From Patescibacteria group bacterium (GTDB lineage: Bacteria; Patescibacteriota; Patescibacteriia; Patescibacteriales; UBA12465): a DNA stretch of 64,000 nt. Position numbers and translations under genes: made by a program. Positions 14,113-23,193 of this stretch are shown here, piece by piece; the stretch's first letter is position 1; each line of letters starts with the position of its first letter. Location of the stretch: the NCBI GenBank assembly GCA_041661685.1, contig JBAZTY010000001.1, positions 691 to 64,690 of the forward strand, given 5' to 3'. The notes beneath the pieces were generated by a model that was not told where the DNA came from, searched no databases, and saw nothing but the letters and a program-made list of their open reading frames with translations.

Positions 14113-15039
14113 ATGCCCAAAGTTTCCGTAATCATCCCGGCCTATAATCGTGCGGACATTCTGCCTCGGACGATTAAGAGCGTCCTAAATCAGACTTTTA
14201 AGGATTTCGAATTAATCGTTATCGATGACGGCTCGGCTGACAATACCGGCGAAGTCGTCCGGAAGATGGCTATGACAGATTCCCGGATAAAATATATCTA
14301 TCAGGTTAATTCCGGCGGCGCGGCCAATCCGAAGAATCAGGCTTTCCTTATCAGCTCCGGAGAATTCATCGCCTATCTCGATCATGACGATGAGTGGCTG
14401 CCGGCTAAGCTGGAAAAACAGCTGAAATTTTTTGCCGATCATCCCAATGATAATCTCGGCCTAGTCAGCTGTAATGTCATGATCGTCAATAACAGCAATA
14501 AAAATTCCGGCGGCATCCATAAGATGCATAAGTTCAATTCTATCCGCGACTTGCTCTTGGAGGGAGGGAATTACGCTTTCAGCAATAGTTCGATCATGGT
14601 GTCTAGAGCCGTCGTCGAGCAAGTTGGTCCGAGGGACGAGTCTCTGAAATTATTCGAGGATCAGGATATCTTCGTCCGGATAGCGGCTGCGGGCTATCGC
14701 TTTGATTTCGTTGACGAAGTCCTGATCAATTATTATATTGATGATGAGAACCTATCGAAGGATTTCACGAAAGCCGCGCCTGATTATGAACGTTTCGTAG
14801 CTAAGCACCTGAAGCTGCTGAGCGAGTATCCGGACATCCTGGCTATCCATTATCGGCATTTGGGAACTATGAATTTCCTGGCCGGCAGATCGAAGGAAGC
14901 GCGCCAGTATTTTCTTAAATCCCTCAAGGTCGATTTCACTTGGCGCAACCTGTTTACGGCCGCCTGTTCGCTCTTGGGCAAGAATATTTATTTATCTATA
15001 CTTAACGCCAAGAAGCGCCGTGCGCTTTCGGCTTACTAA
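14113..15039 (+). CDS. glycosyltransferase family 2
   Basis: VSVIIPAYNRADILPRTIKSVLNQTFKDFELIVIDDGSADNT, plus a DHDDEW (DxD) motif. Confidence 0.85.
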   Translation: MPKVSVIIPAYNRADILPRTIKSVLNQTFKDFELIVIDDGSADNTGEVVRKMAMTDSRIKYIYQVNSGGAANPKNQAFLISSGEFIAYLDHDDEWLPAKLEKQLKFFADHPNDNLGLVSCNVMIVNNSNKNSGGIHKMHKFNSIRDLLLEGGNYAFSNSSIMVSRAVVEQVGPRDESLKLFEDQDIFVRIAAAGYRFDFVDEVLINYYIDDENLSKDFTKAAPDYERFVAKHLKLLSEYPDILAIHYRHLGTMNFLAGRSKEARQYFLKSLKVDFTWRNLFTAACSLLGKNIYLSILNAKKRRALSAY

Positions 15040-15040
15040 T

Positions 15041-15787
15041 ATGGAAGGGAATAATTTAGCTAGCCAAGAGCATTGGGATGAATCTTATAAGGATCTGACT
15101 TTCTTCAAGCCGTCATTTTCTGACCCGATCCGTCGAATCATCAAGGCTTATGCGCCCGCTCTCGGCGCGAATCGATCCGTTTTTGAAGTCGGCTGTTTTC
15201 CGGGCCGCTATCTGAGCGTCTTCGGAGACAGGGGGTGCGTCTTGAACGGCGTTGACCTGACTCCGCGCGTCCTGACTGATATGCCGCGCTGGCTAGCCGC
15301 TAACGGCTATAAGATCGGAGATTTTTATTGCGATAATTTTTTCAAGCTTGAGGCCGGAAAGACTTATGATATCGTCTGTTCTTTCGGGTTCATTGAACAT
15401 TTTGTAAATTATGATGAGGTTTTGCGCCGACATCTATCCTTCATCTCTCCGGGCGGAATGCTGATTCTGACCACTCCGAATTTTCGCGGTTCTTTCCAGA
15501 AGATGCTCCATAGCCATCTGGATAGCGGCAACCTGGAGAGGCATTATCTGCCATCAATGGATCCGGTAGCTTGGAAGAAAATTTTAGTCGATTCCGGCTA
15601 TGAAGTATTATTTTCCGGCTTCAAAGGCGGTTTTGATTTTTGGGCGGAAAGCGAATCTAAGAGCACTCTTAAAAAAGCTTTGATCAGGCTACTGAATCTA
15701 TCGGGAAAGATTCTTAGATTCTTGCCGTTTAACAGCGTTAGTTTTTCTCCTTATGCCGTTATCATAGCTAAGAATAAAAATTTATGA
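15041..15787 (+). CDS. class I SAM-dependent methyltransferase
   Basis: Motif I VFEVGCFPGRY and FGFIEHF. ATG 15041 (2 nt after the upstream stop) is preferred over the track's GTG 15020. Confidence 0.7.
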   Translation: MEGNNLASQEHWDESYKDLTFFKPSFSDPIRRIIKAYAPALGANRSVFEVGCFPGRYLSVFGDRGCVLNGVDLTPRVLTDMPRWLAANGYKIGDFYCDNFFKLEAGKTYDIVCSFGFIEHFVNYDEVLRRHLSFISPGGMLILTTPNFRGSFQKMLHSHLDSGNLERHYLPSMDPVAWKKILVDSGYEVLFSGFKGGFDFWAESESKSTLKKALIRLLNLSGKILRFLPFNSVSFSPYAVIIAKNKNL

Positions 15788-16410
15788 CCAACTATCTCAA
15801 GAAGATCTATAAGAAGATTTTTCCCGATTGGACTATTTATTTGCAGCGGGCAGCTAAGGGTTGCGACAGCCTGCTCGATTTAGCTTGCGGCTATAATTCA
15901 TTAGCGCAATTTTTAGACGTTAAGCACAAGGTCGGGGTGGAGATGTTCGAAGATTATCTGCGGCAGAGCCGCGAGAAGGGGATACATGACGAATATTTTC
16001 AAGACAATATCCTGACGATCGAATTCCCGCCGCGCTCTTACGACTTGGTCTTGGCTTCTGAGATCATCGAACATCTTGATAAGGCCGATGGCTTTACTCT
16101 CCTTGATAATGCTGAAAGATGGGCTAAGAAAAAGGTCGTCATCGCCACCCCGAACGGCTATATCAAACAGGATTCTTACGATGATAATCCGCTCCAGATT
16201 CATAAGTCCGGCTGGAGCATTGAAGAATTCAAGCAACGCGGCTATCGCGTCAACGGCATCGGCGGACTTAAATTCATTAGGGGCGAAAGGGGTGAATATA
16301 AATATAAGCCTTATGCCTTGTGGCGCCTGATCAATGATATCGGACAGAAGATCGTCTATCATTTTCCGCGCTTAGCTTTTCAATTAATAGCCGTCAAAGA
16401 CATCAAATAA
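15784..16410 (+). CDS. class I SAM-dependent methyltransferase
   Basis: LLDLACGYNS (motif I) and LVLASEIIEHL. ATGA overlap with the upstream gene. Confidence 0.7.
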   Translation: MTNYLKKIYKKIFPDWTIYLQRAAKGCDSLLDLACGYNSLAQFLDVKHKVGVEMFEDYLRQSREKGIHDEYFQDNILTIEFPPRSYDLVLASEIIEHLDKADGFTLLDNAERWAKKKVVIATPNGYIKQDSYDDNPLQIHKSGWSIEEFKQRGYRVNGIGGLKFIRGERGEYKYKPYALWRLINDIGQKIVYHFPRLAFQLIAVKDIK

Positions 16411-16411
16411 G

Positions 16412-17314
16412 ATGAATAATCAATCCAGCTATAATTTCACCGTCTGTACTCCGACTTTGAATCGCGCCAATCTCTTGGGGCGAGTTTATGATTCCCTGAA
16501 GCGACAGGACTATAAAGATTTCGAATGGCTGATTGTCGACGACGGCTCGACTGACAATACCGGAGTCTTGGCTGAATCTTGGATCAAGGAAGCGATATTG
16601 CCGATCAGATATATCAAGCAGGAAAATAAAGGCAAGCACGCAGCTTTGAATGTGGGGCTCGATAACGCGCGCGGCCGCTTATTCTTAGTGATTGATTCCG
16701 ATGATTATTTCGTTGATAATGCTTTGAGCATCTTTTGGAAATATTGGCAGTCGCTAGCCGATCAGGCTTCATTTTCCGGAGTGCTGGCTAATTGCATGGA
16801 TCCCGCCCATAATATTATCGGCAGCGAGTTTCCTGAAGATGTTTATGATTCTGATTTCATCGAGGTTTTCTATCGCCGGAAAGTAAGGGGCGATAAGTGC
16901 GGCTTCTTCGTGACCGATATCCTGCGAGCTTATAAGTTCCCGGTATTTCCTGGAGAGAATTTCTTGTCAGAAGCTCTAGTTTGGAATCGCCTCGCTTTGA
17001 AATATAAGACCCGTTTCATCAACGACCGCTTGCTAGTCGCCGACTATCAGCCGGGCGGATTATCTGATCGTTCGGTCGTTCTGAGGATGAAGAATCCATT
17101 GGGCGCAATCGTTTACTATCAAGAATTTTTAGATTTGCCGCTAGCTATATCTTGGAAGCTGAGGAACCTCGTCAATTATATCAGGTTCTCCCTGCACGGC
17201 CGGATAAATATCTGGAAGCAGGCCAGAGCGTTGAAGCCGGCGTATCTGAAATTTTTTTTCCCGTTTTTTCTGCCGCTAGGCTTGTTTTTCTTTTATTCAG
17301 ATCGTCGCAAATAA
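16412..17314 (+). CDS. glycosyltransferase family 2
   Basis: FTVCTPTLNRANLLGRVYDSLKRQDYKDFEWLIVDDGSTDNT, plus IDSDD (DxD). Confidence 0.85.
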   Translation: MNNQSSYNFTVCTPTLNRANLLGRVYDSLKRQDYKDFEWLIVDDGSTDNTGVLAESWIKEAILPIRYIKQENKGKHAALNVGLDNARGRLFLVIDSDDYFVDNALSIFWKYWQSLADQASFSGVLANCMDPAHNIIGSEFPEDVYDSDFIEVFYRRKVRGDKCGFFVTDILRAYKFPVFPGENFLSEALVWNRLALKYKTRFINDRLLVADYQPGGLSDRSVVLRMKNPLGAIVYYQEFLDLPLAISWKLRNLVNYIRFSLHGRINIWKQARALKPAYLKFFFPFFLPLGLFFFYSDRRK

Positions 17315-17321
17315 CTATCAT

Positions 17322-18512
17322 ATGAGATATCTTCTTATCAACTCGCTAAAGTTCGGTGGAGCAGAGAAAGTGGCGCAGATACTATCTGACGCCGGAGTTT
17401 TTGATAAGATCATCACGCTGGAAGATGAGCAGGACTTTCCGCTCGGCGTTCCGATTATGAAGCTTAGCGGGCATACTCAGGCGACAAGCAGCGCGCTCAA
17501 GACTATTTTCATTCCTGTCTATGCTTGGCGCTTGCGTCGGATTTTGAGAGGCGGAGACGTGGTAGTCAGCTTCATCGAACGGGCGAACTTCGTCAATATC
17601 TGCGCGAAGATCATATCCGGCCATAAGGCGGTTATCGCTTTGCATACCAATATCTCCTCATCGTTCAAGACTCTTAAGAAGTACCCTTATTATCTGCTTA
17701 TCAAGATGCTTTATCCTCGAGCCGACGCTGTCATTTCCGTATCTAAAGGAATTAATGACGACTTCAAGAGGATTATCAGCTTTAAGCGCTATAATTCCGT
17801 CATCTATAATCCAATTGATCTGATTTCGGTTAATAGTCTGAAGTCTGAGGTCTTGGGTTTTTCCGATGAATTAATGCAAAACAGTCTCATTACCGTTGGC
17901 CGTCTATTTTATCAGAAGGCTCAATGGACGTTGCTGAAAACCTTCAGTGGCTTGCTAGGGAAGATCCCTGGCGCGAAACTATTTATTATCGGAGACGGCG
18001 ATCTGCGCGGCCAGCTCTTAGCTTATGCCGCCGGATTAGGCCTGAAAGTATTTTCCGTCTTTTCTAATCCGATAGCAGAAATAGATTCTTCTTATGATGT
18101 CTATTTCCTAGGTTTTCAGAAGAACCCATATAAATTCATGGCTAGAGCGACTGTCTTTGTTCTTAGTTCTGTTTCCGAAGGCATGCCCATGGTCGTGCTT
18201 GAGGCTATGGCTTGCGGCTTGCCAGTCGTTTCTAGCGATTGTAATTACGGGCCGAGAGAGATACTCTTAAGCGGCGGGAAGAAATTCGGTTTGCTCGTGC
18301 CGGTCTTGGATTATAAGATATCCGAAGATATTGATACGGCCGATAAGGGGCATGGAGAGTGGCTCGAAGCTTTTTCTGGCCTCTTGAATGACGAAGAAAA
18401 GAGAAGGGAGTATCAGGAATTATCCTTAGCTCGAGCCGAAGACTTCTCGATAAGCCAGATAAAGGCTATCTGGCGGGAGCTTTTTGAAAAAATAGAGGAT
18501 AAGAAAGAATAA
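17322..18512 (+). CDS. glycosyltransferase family 4
   Basis: C-terminal GT4 motif SSVSEGMPMVVLEAMACGLPVVSSDCNYGPREIL. Confidence 0.85.
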   Translation: MRYLLINSLKFGGAEKVAQILSDAGVFDKIITLEDEQDFPLGVPIMKLSGHTQATSSALKTIFIPVYAWRLRRILRGGDVVVSFIERANFVNICAKIISGHKAVIALHTNISSSFKTLKKYPYYLLIKMLYPRADAVISVSKGINDDFKRIISFKRYNSVIYNPIDLISVNSLKSEVLGFSDELMQNSLITVGRLFYQKAQWTLLKTFSGLLGKIPGAKLFIIGDGDLRGQLLAYAAGLGLKVFSVFSNPIAEIDSSYDVYFLGFQKNPYKFMARATVFVLSSVSEGMPMVVLEAMACGLPVVSSDCNYGPREILLSGGKKFGLLVPVLDYKISEDIDTADKGHGEWLEAFSGLLNDEEKRREYQELSLARAEDFSISQIKAIWRELFEKIEDKKE

Positions 18513-18515
18513 ATT

Positions 18516-18962
18516 ATGACGCTGCGATTTTTAAACATCAAGAATGAGAAGATATCACAGGTCGTCTATTACGTCTTCTTTGCCGGAGCCGCGACCGTCT
18601 GCGATTTCGGCATATTATACCTTCTGACCGATAAGGCCCATTTCCATTATTTCATATCTGCGGCCATCTCTTATACCGTCGGTATGGCCGTCAATTATAC
18701 TTTGAATAAATTCTTCAATTTTAAAGACAAGGATAAGAAGATCGCCCTGCAGTTCGGAGTCTTCGCCGGCGTCGCGCTCGTCGGGCTAGCTCTCAATCAG
18801 GCAATTATCAGCGCTTTAGTAGAATTATTCGGACTCTGGTATATGTTCGCCAAGGCTGTCAGCCTCTTGCTGGTGATGTTTTGGAGTTTCTGGGCGCATA
18901 AGAATATTACTTTCAACCTGAAGAGATTTCGCAAGAATAAAGATATTTTGGATAATAAATAA
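18516..18962 (+). CDS. GtrA-family membrane protein
   Basis: 148 aa with 4 TM helices. GtrA-like pattern (VVYYVFFAGAATVCDFGILYLL ... NYTLNKFFNFK ... WSFWAHKNITF). Confidence 0.8.
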   Translation: MTLRFLNIKNEKISQVVYYVFFAGAATVCDFGILYLLTDKAHFHYFISAAISYTVGMAVNYTLNKFFNFKDKDKKIALQFGVFAGVALVGLALNQAIISALVELFGLWYMFAKAVSLLLVMFWSFWAHKNITFNLKRFRKNKDILDNK

Positions 18963-18982
18963 GACAGGAATAATCAATAAAT

Positions 18983-20488
18983 ATGGAAAACGAAGCAATG
19001 AAATCTAAGACGGTCCTGATCATTGGCGCCGGGCCGGCCGGTCTAGCGGCTGCCTATCAATTGCTTAAAGCCTCGGACATCAAGCCGATCATCATCGAAC
19101 AGGAAAGCCAGGTCGGCGGCATCTCTAAGACTATAGAGCATAATGGTTATCGCATTGATATCGGTCCGCATCGTTTTTTCTCTAAAGTCGATCGCGTCAA
19201 TGATTTTTGGCAAGAGATTCTCGGGCCTAAGGATGGGGAGTCTGGCGAAGGCGATTTTCTTTCGGTTAATCGGCTGACTCGGATATTCTTTCTTAAGAAG
19301 TTCTTCAATTACCCGATAAAGCTGAATTATCAGACTCTTTCTAATCTCGGTCCTTGGCGGGTGATTAAGATCGGCCTCAGCTATATCCGCATCCGCCTCT
19401 TTCCGATCCGTTCAGAAAAATCTCTGGCTGATTTTTATATCAATCGTTTTGGGAAAGAATTATATGAGACTTTCTTCATGGATTATACGGAGAAAGTCTG
19501 GGGGGTGCCTTGCGAGAAGATCCCGCCGTCTTGGGGCGGGCAGAGAGTCAAGGGCTTGTCTATCACCGAGGTTATCAAGCACGCCATTTTCGATATCTTC
19601 AAGAAGAAAGGAAAGAAAGTTGAGACGAGCCTGATAGAGAAATTCCATTATCCGCGTTATGGCGCCGGGCAGATGTATCAAGAGACCGCGAATCTGATCG
19701 AGAAGAGGGGCGGAATCATCAAGCTTAATCAGCGGGTGGCGAGCTTTGATATCAACGCGGACGGGAAATTGGGTTCAGCGACGATCCAGGATCTGAAATC
19801 CGGCACTTCCTACGAGATCATGGCTGATCATATAATATCCACGATGCCGGTGAAAGAATTAATCGCCTCATTGCGCGGTCCGGTTCCGGCCGCAGTCAAG
19901 GAAGTCGCCGCCGGCCTGGTCTATCGCGATTATATAATGGTCGGCTTATTATTCAAGAAGATGGTCTTCAATAAGGATTATCAGATCCTGCCGGATAATT
20001 GGATATATATCCAAGAGAGGGACGCGACTATCGGTCGCTTAGATATCTTCAATAATTTCAGTCCGGACATGCTCAAGGACAAGGATAATGTCTGGCTGGG
20101 CGGGGAATATTTCTGTTTCGAGGGGGATGAGTTCTGGAATAGGAGCGATGAGGCGATCAAAGACTTCGCGGCCAGGGAACTCGAGAGGATGAAGATGGTC
20201 GACAGAGCCGATCTCATAGATTATGTTGTTCTGAGGGTCAAGAAGACTTACCCGGCTTATTTCGGCTCTTATGACCGTTTCGGAGAGATAAGAAGCTATC
20301 TCGATAAGTTAGAGAATCTTTATCTCGTCGGCCGTAATGGCATGCATAAGTATAATAATATGGATCATTCCATCTTGTCCGGTTTCGTGGCCGCTGATAA
20401 TATCATAGCCGGCGTAAGAACCAAGGATAATCTTTGGGATATTAATACTGAAGAAGAATATCATGAGACTAAGAAAGAGAATAAATAA
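18983..20488 (+). CDS. FAD-dependent oxidoreductase (amine-oxidase / UDP-galactopyranose-mutase-like fold)
   Basis: N-terminal dinucleotide motif [17 protein letters not shown] and QVGGISKT...[12 protein letters not shown]. Confidence 0.75.
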   Translation: MENEAMKSKTVLIIGAGPAGLAAAYQLLKASDIKPIIIEQESQVGGISKTIEHNGYRIDIGPHRFFSKVDRVNDFWQEILGPKDGESGEGDFLSVNRLTRIFFLKKFFNYPIKLNYQTLSNLGPWRVIKIGLSYIRIRLFPIRSEKSLADFYINRFGKELYETFFMDYTEKVWGVPCEKIPPSWGGQRVKGLSITEVIKHAIFDIFKKKGKKVETSLIEKFHYPRYGAGQMYQETANLIEKRGGIIKLNQRVASFDINADGKLGSATIQDLKSGTSYEIMADHIISTMPVKELIASLRGPVPAAVKEVAAGLVYRDYIMVGLLFKKMVFNKDYQILPDNWIYIQERDATIGRLDIFNNFSPDMLKDKDNVWLGGEYFCFEGDEFWNRSDEAIKDFAARELERMKMVDRADLIDYVVLRVKKTYPAYFGSYDRFGEIRSYLDKLENLYLVGRNGMHKYNNMDHSILSGFVAADNIIAGVRTKDNLWDINTEEEYHETKKENK

Positions 20489-22031
20489 ATCCTTTTGGGA
20501 ATATCTGGCATATTTTTTGGCAGCCACTTTTGCCGCTTATTTCTTCTATTTGTCTAAAGGCATTCATGGCTGGGAACATCTTTTGTCTACTTGGCAGGTT
20601 TTTTCAGGGCTTACACCGTTTATAGATTTTTTTGAGCATCATGGCCCGCTGCAATATTATCTATTCGCGCCGCTTTTTTATCTCGGCGGTTATAATTTTT
20701 TTCCTTTTTGGATGATAATCATAAATTCCTTGATTTGTGTTCTATTCATTAGGTATTTTTTTTGGAATTTTTCTTTTGGGATCAGGGGTAGGCTGATATT
20801 AGCGGCGGTTCTTATCTGGCTTTGGACGGTCATGTTTGGCGGCGTTTTCCTGCCCGAGCCATACGTCGCCTGTTTAGTGATTCTGATTTATCTGTTTTTT
20901 TCAAAGATCAGAGCGGAAGCTCAATCGCGGACTAATAATATCTATCTAGCCATTTTTGGAATCCTGTTCGGAGCGCTGTTTTTGATAAAATTCAACGCTT
21001 TCGTCCTGTTATCTTTCGGCCTCTGCCTTTATTGCCTGTTTAATTTCAAGAAGGAGCGGTCTCTGATAAATCTGAAAAACATCTCTCTCTTTGCCGCGGG
21101 GATGATCGCGCCGTTATTGCCGTTCCTATTCATATATCATGATAAGCTCAGGCAGGTCGCTTATCTGATGTTCACTTATAATTTCGGAGTAGTCTCTCGC
21201 TTAGCTCGCGCTTGGCCGCCGCAACCATTCAGTCTCTTCTTCCTGATTTTATCTGTCGATATTATCGTTTTGAGCGCGATATTCTTCAATAAAGAGAACA
21301 GGGAAAAATATTATAAACTGACTTTTCCAATCCTGTCTTCGCTGTGCTTACTACTGATGTCTTATCCTTTATATGGCAATTTCCATCTTCTTCCGGCCAT
21401 GGTCGGTTTTCTAACGGGAATCTTGCTGTTCTTTAAAGAAAAGATCTATCGGCGGTTTGCCGTTCAGGTTTCCGACTATAAGAAATACGTCGCCAGCGCG
21501 TTAGTTCTCCTAGTCATCTCCTATGTGTTCTTAACTTTCGCTAATTTTGTCTTTTCATTGGGTAAAGAGACTTATCGCATCTTCTGGGTCAGGCCCGAAG
21601 AATTCTATCATTCTGACTTTGCTCCGGGCGCTGCAGCCTATATAGAAGAGCAGGAAAGATGCGAATATGTCTATGTCTATCCGGCTGATCAATATAATCT
21701 GCCGATGTATATCGAACTGCCCGATGTTAAGCGAATCCGATTCGCCTATCCTAATTGGAACTGGACCTTTACTGAGGATATGCAGGAAATGATCGTCGCT
21801 GAGCTGGAGGATAAGCGAGTCGATTGCCTCTTAGTCGCGGATAAGCCCATGGAGACTACTCTGCACAGCCAGATCATCGAAGATTACGTCAGAGATAATT
21901 ATTCCAAGGTCGGGGAAGTGACTTGGCGGATTTACAGTTTCAAGAATTTGTTGCCATTCAAATTCATCACCGACTATAAGAAGAATGGCCAAGATTTCAC
22001 TTATAGCCTATTCAAGATCAACTCGCGTTAG
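20463..22031 (+). CDS. polytopic membrane protein, putative GT-C-type glycosyltransferase or polymerase
   Basis: 522 aa with about 10 or more TM helices and a C-terminal soluble domain. Acidic first loop ([14 protein letters not shown]). Sits next to GtrA. The assignment is by architecture only. Confidence 0.45.
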   Translation: MRLRKRINKSFWEYLAYFLAATFAAYFFYLSKGIHGWEHLLSTWQVFSGLTPFIDFFEHHGPLQYYLFAPLFYLGGYNFFPFWMIIINSLICVLFIRYFFWNFSFGIRGRLILAAVLIWLWTVMFGGVFLPEPYVACLVILIYLFFSKIRAEAQSRTNNIYLAIFGILFGALFLIKFNAFVLLSFGLCLYCLFNFKKERSLINLKNISLFAAGMIAPLLPFLFIYHDKLRQVAYLMFTYNFGVVSRLARAWPPQPFSLFFLILSVDIIVLSAIFFNKENREKYYKLTFPILSSLCLLLMSYPLYGNFHLLPAMVGFLTGILLFFKEKIYRRFAVQVSDYKKYVASALVLLVISYVFLTFANFVFSLGKETYRIFWVRPEEFYHSDFAPGAAAYIEEQERCEYVYVYPADQYNLPMYIELPDVKRIRFAYPNWNWTFTEDMQEMIVAELEDKRVDCLLVADKPMETTLHSQIIEDYVRDNYSKVGEVTWRIYSFKNLLPFKFITDYKKNGQDFTYSLFKINSR

Positions 22032-22140
22032 ATTTCAAATAAACTTTATAATTATTTTAAGTCCGCTCGGGATATAGGCTAAGCTCCGTAAAATTATAAA
22101 AAAGCCGATGAATAGGTGATGAAACGATGATTTTTAGTCT

Positions 22141-22169
22141 TTGACAGCCTCGATTTTGAGGATTAAAAT
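22141..22169 (+). promoter_or_regulatory. near-consensus sigma70-like promoter for the Bro-N gene
   Basis: TTGACA (22141-22146), a 17-nt spacer, then TAAAAT (22164-22169). Confidence 0.55.
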
Positions 22170-22202
22170 TAAGTGAATATACTTAATTTTAATTTGAAAT
22201 AT

Positions 22203-23041
22203 ATGCCTTTAATAAATCCTAAGAAAACTATCGCTCTATTCGAAAATGATCCTGTTCGTCGCGTTTGGAACAAGGAAGAAGAAAAATGGTACTTTTCTTT
22301 AATCGATGTCATCGCTATTTTAACTAGCCAGGCCGATTTTAAAAAAGCCCAAAGCTACTGGACTACATTGAAGAGCCGTCTAAAAAAGGAAGGAAATGAG
22401 TCTGTCACAAAATGTGACAAACTTAAAATGCAATCATCTGACGGTAAATATTATTTAACTGACGCTGCCGATGTCGAAACTCTATTGCGTTTGATTCAGT
22501 CAATTCCTTCTCCGAAAGCTGAGCCGTTTAAGCTCTGGCTGGCTAAAGTAGGCTATGAAAGAATGCGGGAAAGTATTGATCCGGAATTGGCTATAAGCCG
22601 CGCGCGAAGAAATTGGCAATTGCGCGGCCATAGCCAGAAATGGATAGAACGGCGCATGCTTAGCGTCGAGACAAGAAATAAGCTGACGGATTATTGGTCA
22701 GAGCATGAAGTTAATAAAGCTGTAGAATATGCTAAGCTGACTAATATCATTCATGAAGAATGGAGTGGCTTATCGGTTAGAGAACATAAAGACCTGAAAG
22801 GCCTGGAGGCAGAAAATTTGCGCGATCATATGTCGGAAGCGGAATTAATCTTTACTTCTTGGCTGAATTATCCACTCGCGAAATTGCTGAAGCCGGTAAG
22901 GCTGTAGGATATGAGAAAAACGAGGCGGCGGCTCATAGGGGTGGCAAGATTTCTGGTAACGCGCGGAAAGAATTGGAAAGCCAAATCAGACGGAATGTTG
23001 TTACTGGTGGTAATAATTTAAGAATGAAGAAAATAAAATAA
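22203..23041 (+). pseudogene. Bro-N domain protein (antirepressor/DinD-like), disrupted by a frameshift
   Basis: Bro-N-like N-terminus (ALFENDPVRRVWNKEEEKWYFSLIDVIAILT). The reading frame changes near 22858-22861: ...AELIFTSWLNYPL... continues in the +1 frame as LAELSTREIAEAGKAVGYEKNEAAAHRGGKISGNARKELE, which is track ORF 22859-23041. Confidence 0.6.
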
Positions 23042-23046
23042 GTCGG

Positions 23047-23136
23047 TGACAAATTGTTACGGACTGAGGAAGATTTTGAGTTGTCCCCAAATCGGGGACA
23101 ACTGTCGACAATTTGTCGATAGTTGAGTCCGTTACA
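23047..23136. repeat. array of palindromes sharing TTGTC/GACAA half-sites
   Basis: GTGACAAATTGTTAC (23047-23061). GTTGTCCCC-aaatc-GGGGACAAC (23080-23102, 9-bp stem). TCGACAA-t-TTGTCGA (23105-23119). An outer imperfect inverted repeat, ACGGACT (23059-23065) / AGTCCGT (23127-23133), encloses the last two. Confidence 0.55.
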
Positions 23137-23141
23137 AAAAT

Positions 23142-23169
23142 AAACCCGAGGAATTTCTCCCTCGGGTTT
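23142..23169 (-). terminator. rho-independent terminator of the sugar transferase gene
   Basis: AAACCCGAGG-(8-nt loop)-CCTCGGGTTT. On the minus strand it is followed by ATTTTTGT. Confidence 0.65.
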
Positions 23170-23193
23170 ATGGGTATCTCAACGAATAAATTC

